This document shows, piece by piece, positions 35,001 to 40,262 of a stretch of 40,262 bases of DNA (its first letter is position 1; every line of letters begins with the position of its first letter). The stretch lies in IMG/VR virus record IMGVR_UViG_3300026289_000086. One strand, written 5' to 3'. The position numbers and the translations under genes are program-made. This stretch comes from a virus. Lineage: Duplodnaviria; Heunggongvirae; Uroviricota; Caudoviricetes. The notes beneath the pieces are model-generated. The model worked only from the letters and a program-made list of their open reading frames with translations. It was not told where the DNA came from and did not search any database.

Positions 35001-35037
35001 GGTGTGGCTCCCTGGCGTGGTTGGTGGCGACACCTCG

Positions 35038-35067
35038 ATGAACGCGCTGTTTGATTGAGAAGCCAAG
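35038..35067 (-). promoter_or_regulatory. Repeated promoter-like motif
   Basis: ATGAACGCGCT-gtttgattgag-AAGCCAAG; 38 bp from start 35000. Confidence 0.8.
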
Positions 35068-35114
35068 CGCCACGACGATCATTCGCGTGACCCGACGTCT
35101 GGTTCGAGATGGCC

Positions 35115-35342
35115 TCAACCCTGGCTGTCGAGTTGGAAACTGCCCGGGCCGTTGCCTTCGTCGTCGGCGAGGAAGATGAGGGTTCGCTTCTGCCCGTTGG
35201 GCAAGGTAATGACCAGACCGAAGAATTCGTCGCCGCACTCGTCGACGCCGGTCCGGGCAAGGTTGGTGATGGTGCCGCCCAACAGCGGGCGCAGTTGCTG
35301 GAGATGGAAGTCGACGACGGAGGGTGGGGTGCTGGTGGTCAT
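35115..35342 (-). CDS. Small hypothetical protein (array gene d), 75 aa
   Basis: AGGAG RBS; LADDEGNGPGSF; second gene of the unit starting at 35663. Confidence 0.72.
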   Translation of the reverse strand: MTTSTPPSVVDFHLQQLRPLLGGTITNLARTGVDECGDEFFGLVITLPNGQKRTLIFLADDEGNGPGSFQLDSQG

Positions 35343-35390
35343 GACAGACTCCTTTGGTGTACTAGTGGACGACGGGTGCTGGTCATCGGT

Positions 35391-35663
35391 TTAGGCGCCC
35401 CGCAGGACAGTGATGCCGGCCTGCGCCAGGGTCAACGCGGCGCTCGCGAAGATCGTCTCGGCCATCCCGGGGCACGCCTGGGTGTCGTCGAGCAATTCGT
35501 CGACGACTTCGCGAGACCTGGCGCGCATCGCCACGAGTGCCGCCTCGCGCAGTTCGTGGCTGGCGGTCCTGATCTCCGGGCAGAGCCGGATCAGCGTGGT
35601 GAGGGCGGCGGTGGCGAGTTGGTTGCCGAGGGTATCCAGGCTGCTGGTTTGGGTCGGGGTCAT
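35391..35663 (-). CDS. Small hypothetical protein (array gene e), 90 aa (MTPTQTSSLDTLGNQLA…)
   Basis: AGGAG RBS; preceded by a motif copy. Confidence 0.72.
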   Translation of the reverse strand: MTPTQTSSLDTLGNQLATAALTTLIRLCPEIRTASHELREAALVAMRARSREVVDELLDDTQACPGMAETIFASAALTLAQAGITVLRGA

Positions 35664-35695
35664 GGCGGGCTCCTGCGGTGGTTGATGACGATCGT

Positions 35696-35725
35696 ATGAA
35701 CGCGCTGTTCGCTGCTGAAGCCAAG
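35696..35725 (-). promoter_or_regulatory. Repeated promoter-like motif
   Basis: ATGAACGCGCT-gttcgctgctg-AAGCCAAG; 33 bp from start 35663. Confidence 0.82.
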
Positions 35726-35881
35726 CGGAATCACAATCTTCGTCGGCTGGCCCCTGGCGTCGTGACGCTCGCCACCTCCTCGGCGTTGGCCCTGCGGGTT
35801 GCACGGCCGCGCCGTGTGGCGCTTCGACGCCGCCGGTTGACTACTTGGTGCACCGCGCCAGTTCCGGCGCCCAGACGCCAA

Positions 35882-35906
35882 AACGCCCGGTGGCCCGGGC
35901 GTCTGG
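35882..35906 (-). terminator. Terminator hairpin, identical to 37029-37053
   Basis: ACGCCCGG-TGGC-CCGGGCGT, T-run on the - strand, just past the DUF932 stop. Confidence 0.72.
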
Positions 35907-35921
35907 CGAGATGGTTGGCGG

Positions 35922-36911
35922 CTAGGCCACCAATTTCTCCGCCAGCTGGTACGCGTGATCCTTGAACCGGGCGCCCGGGCCAAACCAGGCGGCGTTCAAC
36001 CGGTTGTCCTGGAGGCGGCCCTTCTCGTGGTCGATGTACTCGGTGGTGGCGTTGAGCAGACCCCACAGGGTCTGGTCGGTCGCGTCCTGGTGGCCGCCGA
36101 TCATCTCGCCGGCAAAGAGTTCGAGGATGCGGCGGTAGCCCTTGGACTTCCTGACCTGCTCAGGCGTGTAACTCTGCCCGTAGGGCATGAAGGGCTGGAA
36201 CAAGTCCTGCAGCCAGCCATCGGTTTCGAGATCGGTCAGTTTCCGGCCGGCCATCAGCCCGGCCTTCTGCTGGAACTCGTCCCATGCGTCCAGCGCGATG
36301 CCCAGGTCCGCCCGGACCGCTTTGGCATCGAAGATCGCCTGGTGCGAGATCGTCACCTGACGCTGCGCATCCCGGTTGCGCAGGGAGGCCTGCAGCGTGT
36401 TGTTGCACACGACCCGAATCGTCGTAAACCGCGCCACGGTCGCCATCGTGCCGTCGTAGGAGGTCGCCAGCAGCAGGTAGGGCGCGACTTCGTCGTCCAG
36501 GATGCGGGCGTTCTTGCCAACGCGCCCCAGTGCCCAGATGCGCCGGCCATTCATCAGAGCGCCGACGGTCTCGATGCGGAACTGCTTGGCCTCGGCCAAC
36601 GCACCGAAGAAGTTGAGAATGTCCGCCGGCTGGACCACCTGGTAGTCGGACGAGACGACCGACAAGGGTGCGCCACAGTCGCTGCGGTACAGCACGTGCT
36701 TGTCGGCAAAGGACTCGCGCTGGTTCGTGACGGTGCTGTCGAACTGGACCTCGGCCTTGAGGGCGCGCCATTCGAGCTGCGCGGCCTTCTGCCAGACCTC
36801 GACGCTGGCCTCGGGATCGACCGTTTGCCCGAGCCCGTGCCAGGGGACATCGGTGTCCGTGGCGTAGGCGATGGCGGCTTGGCCGGTGGTGAAGTCGATC
36901 TGGTGTGCCAT
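35922..36911 (-). CDS. DUF932-family (phage/plasmid TIGR03299-like) protein
   Basis: PWHGLG…LYRSD…VVSSDYQVVQP…SYDGT…RVVCNNTL…TLWGLLNATTEY; AAGGAG RBS. Confidence 0.88.
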   Translation of the reverse strand: MAHQIDFTTGQAAIAYATDTDVPWHGLGQTVDPEASVEVWQKAAQLEWRALKAEVQFDSTVTNQRESFADKHVLYRSDCGAPLSVVSSDYQVVQPADILNFFGALAEAKQFRIETVGALMNGRRIWALGRVGKNARILDDEVAPYLLLATSYDGTMATVARFTTIRVVCNNTLQASLRNRDAQRQVTISHQAIFDAKAVRADLGIALDAWDEFQQKAGLMAGRKLTDLETDGWLQDLFQPFMPYGQSYTPEQVRKSKGYRRILELFAGEMIGGHQDATDQTLWGLLNATTEYIDHEKGRLQDNRLNAAWFGPGARFKDHAYQLAEKLVA

Positions 36912-36948
36912 GGTGTTTCTCCTTCGTGGTGTGGTTGATGACGATCAT

Positions 36949-36978
36949 ATGAACGCGCTGTGCCCAACACAAGCCAAG
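36949..36978 (-). promoter_or_regulatory. Repeated promoter-like motif
   Basis: ATGAACGCGCT-gtgcccaacac-AAGCCAAG; 38 bp from start 36911. Confidence 0.82.
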
Positions 36979-37028
36979 CGATTTTTTAGTCCTCTGTCGT
37001 TTATCTTCGCCGTGGCTCCAAACGCAAG

Positions 37029-37053
37029 AACGCCCGGTGGCCCGGGCGTCTGG
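37029..37053 (-). terminator. Terminator hairpin, identical to 35882-35906
   Basis: AACGCCCGGTGGCCCGGGCGTCTGG just past the stop at 37069. Confidence 0.68.
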
Positions 37054-37068
37054 TGATGCTGTGGCGAC

Positions 37069-37260
37069 TCACACCATGTGGCGTGGGTCGCCGGTCAGGA
37101 TTTCGAGCCAGTCCATGACGTAGTGCTCGCCGGAGACGCCTTGGGTGCGCACCTGGCGCACGCGCTTCATGGTGAGATTCCACTCCTCGGCAATGCCGCG
37201 GATCGTCTTGTGATGCTTGCGCATGAGGTGCTGGATGGTTTGGGCGCTGAGGGTGTTCAT
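37069..37260 (-). CDS. Small HTH-like hypothetical protein (array gene g), 63 aa
   Basis: AGGAG RBS; TIRGIAEEWNLTMKRVRQVR; preceded by a motif copy. Confidence 0.72.
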   Translation of the reverse strand: MNTLSAQTIQHLMRKHHKTIRGIAEEWNLTMKRVRQVRTQGVSGEHYVMDWLEILTGDPRHMV

Positions 37261-37292
37261 GGTGGTCTCCTGCTGGCGTTGATGACGATCGT

Positions 37293-37322
37293 ATGAACGC
37301 GCTGTCTGGCGCCGAAGCCAAG
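37293..37322 (-). promoter_or_regulatory. Repeated promoter-like motif
   Basis: ATGAACGCGCT-gtctggcgccg-AAGCCAAG; 33 bp from start 37260. Confidence 0.82.
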
Positions 37323-37377
37323 CTTTTCGTCAATCTTTTTCGGGGCGGCTGGATGTTTCCAACCACCCCTTCGGTGA

Positions 37378-37899
37378 CTACCCAATGTGGTAGATGCGCT
37401 CACCACCCTGGGGTTTCTCCGAGGTGATGGTCAGCCCGAGCTTCTTCTTGAACGCGCCGGCAAACGCGCCTCGCACGGTGTGCGACTGCCAGCCGGTGGA
37501 TGCGCAAATTTGCGCAATTGTCGCGCCCTCGGGGCGTTTGAGCAGGGCGATCACCGCCGCCTGCTTGCTGTTCTCGCGGGTGCGGGGTTTCACCGTCGTC
37601 GCTTGCTTCTCGGCCACCCATTGCGCCTCGGTGGCCGCCAGGGCGGCTTCGACCTCCGGGTCGGGATGCGTGGTCGGCAGTGCCGGCGGGGTGCGCCCCA
37701 GGGCGTCGTAGCCAACCGGCGAGATGAACCAGTCAGCGTCGCTGCCGGTGATGAGGGCTTTGTTGCAGAGGCCCTCGATCACCTTCTTGCGGGCGCCGCC
37801 CTTGACGTTGTCGGGGAACCAATTGACACGGCCATCGGGTTGCTCGGCAGCCTGTTCGAGGACCAGGCGCTGGGTGTCGGTGAGTGCGGTGCGGGTCAT
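37378..37899 (-). CDS. DUF3489-family protein
   Basis: ENSKQAAVIALLKRPEGATIAQI…TGWQSHTVRGAFAG…KKKLGL; AAGGAG RBS. Confidence 0.85.
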   Translation of the reverse strand: MTRTALTDTQRLVLEQAAEQPDGRVNWFPDNVKGGARKKVIEGLCNKALITGSDADWFISPVGYDALGRTPPALPTTHPDPEVEAALAATEAQWVAEKQATTVKPRTRENSKQAAVIALLKRPEGATIAQICASTGWQSHTVRGAFAGAFKKKLGLTITSEKPQGGERIYHIG

Positions 37900-37933
37900 G
37901 GCGATCTCCTTGATCGGGGTTGATGACGAGCAC

Positions 37934-37963
37934 ATGAACGCGCTGTTCAATCACGAAGCCAAG
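37934..37963 (-). promoter_or_regulatory. Repeated promoter-like motif
   Basis: ATGAACGCGCT-gttcaatcacg-AAGCCAAG; 35 bp from start 37899. Confidence 0.82.
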
Positions 37964-37986
37964 TCCTGCCAACCAGAAAGACGCGA

Positions 37987-38385
37987 ATGCCCTTGCGTGC
38001 CCCGACTCCCTGCCGACACCCGGGTTGCGGTGCGGTGCTGACCACACCCGGCTATTGCGACGCGCACCGTGCCGATCACCGGCAGTGGGACAGCAATACG
38101 GGGAAGAGGAAGCGACAAGAGAAACGTGCCCTGCCCACAAACAGCGCCGCGTGGCGAGGCCTGCGCGCTCGGCTTCTGCGTGAGGCACCGCTATGTCAGG
38201 AGTGCCTGCGGCTCGGTGTCTTGTGCGCCGCCAGCGTCGTCGATCACATCGATGGCGATAGCCACAATAACGACCGATCGAATCTGCAGTCGCTCTGCAG
38301 TCGCTGCCACGCCAGAGTCACGGCGAGGCACGACGGCGGCTTTGGCAACCCTAACCGGCGTCGCCAAGCGGACCGAGACTGCTGA
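37987..38385 (+). CDS. HNH endonuclease (terminase-associated, HK97 gp74-like)
   Basis: PCRHPGC…YCDAH; PLCQEC…VVDHI…NLQSLCSRCH; upstream of terS. Confidence 0.88.
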   Translation: MPLRAPTPCRHPGCGAVLTTPGYCDAHRADHRQWDSNTGKRKRQEKRALPTNSAAWRGLRARLLREAPLCQECLRLGVLCAASVVDHIDGDSHNNDRSNLQSLCSRCHARVTARHDGGFGNPNRRRQADRDC

Positions 38386-38539
38386 GCGTGTCAGCGTCGG
38401 TCGATGGCCACTCGATGTCCGGCTGCGCACGAACGAAGCAAGGCCAGATCATTCGCTCATCATCACATTATACGTTCAGCATGCGCGGAAAATGCCACTT
38501 GTGTAGATATGGAAGTCCAGCTTCGCGAAATGACTCGGC

Positions 38540-38730
38540 TGCAGGCCCCTAGGGGCCTAGGTTCTCTACAATGGCATATGCTGGATGCGTGCGCGTGGTC
38601 AATTTTTTGTGCGTGCAAATTAGAAAACTTTTTTTGGCGGAAAATAGCGCTTGAGCATTGATTTCATTGAGGTTTTTGGCAAATCGAGAGGTGCCAAATC
38701 CGGCTCGATTTCGGCCGAAATCGGTGCGAA
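38540..38730. other. Probable cos (packaging) region
   Basis: Non-coding gap between HNH and terS: GC-rich GCGTGCGCGTGG, T-tracts, perfect palindrome CGATTTCGGCCGAAATCG 38706-38723; position is typical for cos phages; cut site not determinable. Confidence 0.45.
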
Positions 38731-38756
38731 AGGGCCATTTCGCGGGGTGATTTCGT

Positions 38757-39227
38757 ATGGCCGCTCCCGGACGTAAGCCCCTGCCCGTGGTCGTGAAAGA
38801 GATCAAGGGGACGCTGCAGAAGTGCCGGACCAACGTGCGCGAACCGAAACCGACGACGGCCTTGTGCACCCCGCCCGAGTACATGTCGGACAGCGCCAAG
38901 GAAGCGTGGAACTACGCGGTGGCCAATTCACCACCCGGTTTGCTGTCGGCGCTCGACGGCGCGGTGCTAGAGCGCTGGGCGAACTGCTCGGGGATGTACC
39001 GCGAAGCACTCTCCAAGATCAACAAGGCCGGGGTCTCCGGGATGATGATCAAAACGCCCAGCGGCATCCTTCGGCGCTCACCCTTGATGGATGTGATCAG
39101 GGATCTGGCGCTGGAGATGAAGGGCTACGAGGCCGAGATGGGATTCACTCCGGCGGCGCGCTCACGCATCTCACTGCCGACGGAATCGACGACCGAGTCG
39201 GATCCGTGGTCGGAGATTGCCGGCTGA
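38757..39227 (+). CDS. Terminase small subunit (P27 family)
   Basis: GRKPLP…PPEYMS…AW…EMGFTPAARSRI. Confidence 0.9.
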   Translation: MAAPGRKPLPVVVKEIKGTLQKCRTNVREPKPTTALCTPPEYMSDSAKEAWNYAVANSPPGLLSALDGAVLERWANCSGMYREALSKINKAGVSGMMIKTPSGILRRSPLMDVIRDLALEMKGYEAEMGFTPAARSRISLPTESTTESDPWSEIAG

Positions 39228-40262
39228 TGGCCACTCGCAGCTACACCACGATCGCCCGTCAGTACGCCAAGGCCGTCGTCACCGGCAGGGTTCTGACCGG
39301 CAAGTGGGTGCGCGAGGCCTGCCAGCGGCAACTCGACGATCTGGCGCGCTTCACGGGCAGAGACAGTCCCTACCGCTTCAACCCGACGCTGACCGACAAG
39401 CTGGGGCGCAGTTTTCGGCCTGCCGACAACCTGTGTGCCTTCATCGAGCGCCTGCCGCACGTCAAGGGGCCACTGGCGGGACAGCCGATCCGACTGGAGC
39501 CCTGGCAGGTGTTCATCCTGACCACCGTCTTCGGCTGGGTGAAGCCTGACGGCAAGCGGCGCTTTCGCCGCGCCTATATCGAAGTGCCGCGCGGCAATGC
39601 GAAATCGACACTTTCCTCCGCCCTGGCCCTGTACATGCTCGCCGCCGACGGTGAAGGCGGCGCCGAGGTGTATTCGCTGGCCACCACCCGCGACCAGGCG
39701 CGTATCGTCTTCGGCGATGCGCAGACGATGGCGCGCCAGTCGGCCGGGTTTCGGACACGCTTCGGAGTGGGCGTCGGTGCGCACAACCTGCACGTACTGG
39801 CCAGAGGCTCGAAGTTCGAGGCGCTCTCCGCGGAAGGCTCGACGCTCGACGGGCTGAACATTCACTTCGGCTGCATCGACGAGTTGCACGCGCACAAGAC
39901 GCGCACCGTCTACGACGTCGTCGAGACCGGCACCGGCAAGCGCGACAACTCGCTCTTGTGGGTGATCACCACCGCCGGCAGCAACCGCTCGGGGATCTGC
40001 TACGAGATCCGGACCTTCGTCACCCGCCTGCTCGACGGCGTGTTCGCGGACGACAGCCAATTTGGCATCGTGTACGGGCTCGATGACGGGGACGACTGGA
40101 CGCTCGAAGAGTCGCTGATCAAGGCCAATCCGAACTGGGGTATTTCGGTGCGCCCGGAAGTGCTGGCGCCGCTGCAGGCCAAGGCCATGCAGATGCCGAG
40201 CGCGGTGAACAACTTCAAGACCAAGCATCTCAACGAGTGGGTCAATGCGGACACCGCGTGGA
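39227..40262 (+). CDS. Terminase large subunit, truncated by the window edge (not in the ORF track because it has no stop)
   Basis: TGATG overlap; MATRSYTTIARQY…LEPWQVFI…EVPRGNAKST…IDELHAH…ITTAG…KANPNWG. Confidence 0.95.
   Translation, partial: MATRSYTTIARQYAKAVVTGRVLTGKWVREACQRQLDDLARFTGRDSPYRFNPTLTDKLGRSFRPADNLCAFIERLPHVKGPLAGQPIRLEPWQVFILTTVFGWVKPDGKRRFRRAYIEVPRGNAKSTLSSALALYMLAADGEGGAEVYSLATTRDQARIVFGDAQTMARQSAGFRTRFGVGVGAHNLHVLARGSKFEALSAEGSTLDGLNIHFGCIDELHAHKTRTVYDVVETGTGKRDNSLLWVITTAGSNRSGICYEIRTFVTRLLDGVFADDSQFGIVYGLDDGDDWTLEESLIKANPNWGISVRPEVLAPLQAKAMQMPSAVNNFKTKHLNEWVNADTAW

Larger units (their letters stand above)
16566..40262. mobile_element. Prophage core (serine-integrase, cos/HNH-type siphovirus-like gene order); continues right of the window and may include the cargo leftward to ~3841
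   Basis: Integration module, replication operon, methylases, HNH-terS-terL in canonical order. Confidence 0.9.

Noticed and set aside
35698-35710. GAAC-N5-GTTC as an SOS (LexA) box
   Set aside because: Spacing differs from the Gram-positive GAAC-N4-GTTC box and the sequence differs from the beta/gammaproteobacterial CTG-N10-CAG box; the palindrome is complete in only some copies
34145-37963. CRISPR array (30-bp repeats, with a Cas4-like gene in the window)
   Set aside because: Repeats are bipartite with variable cores, spaced 340-1250 bp apart with whole genes between them; no cas1/cas2; the Cas4-like gene sits in the phage replication operon
38404-38661. 85-aa ORF between HNH and terS
   Set aside because: No RBS, runs through the T-tract/cos-like sequence, no recognisable features
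358-40254. Numerous long antisense or alternate-frame ORFs (e.g. 358..1419, 22505..23452, 24374..25132, 30992..32236, 35955..36938, 39125..40228)
   Set aside because: Shadow ORFs expected in high-GC DNA opposite well-supported genes; compositionally implausible translations

Overview
GC-rich, betaproteobacterial-looking window (host inferred from composition and gene content, not searched). It contains only mobile DNA, in three blocks. (1) 1-3562: the regulatory/'leading-region' end of an ICE-like element. It has ArdC-like and RadC/JAB genes, each preceded by the same SD-occluding double hairpin, and a CI/LexA-like repressor that has lost its protease dyad and cleavage site, divergent from an FlhD/FlhC-like (SetDC/AcaDC-type) activator pair. 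(2) ~3840-16500: a tRNA-3'-like junction followed by a cargo/defence island. It has a 1430-aa NACHT ATPase with a C-terminal PD-(D/E)xK nuclease, ihfB plus a frameshifted recD2, an AT-rich Mrr-like nuclease-STAND ATPase fusion, an SDR and a DUF6946-like nuclease, with short imperfect palindromes at several gene junctions. (3) 16566 to the end: a prophage. It has a DUF2924/large serine recombinase module, no CI/Cro pair, an ECF-like sigma factor, a replication/recombination operon with an origin-like repeat region, two ParB-methyltransferases, an antisense array of small genes, HNH, terS and a truncated terL. The most striking unexplained structure is a 30-bp bipartite motif (CTTGGCTT-N11-AGCGCGTTCAT on the - strand). 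It occurs 8 times, always 33-38 bp upstream of a leftward start codon: 7 times in the small-gene array and once in front of the recombinase operon 15 kb away. All family assignments come from motif recognition by eye; no database searches were run.
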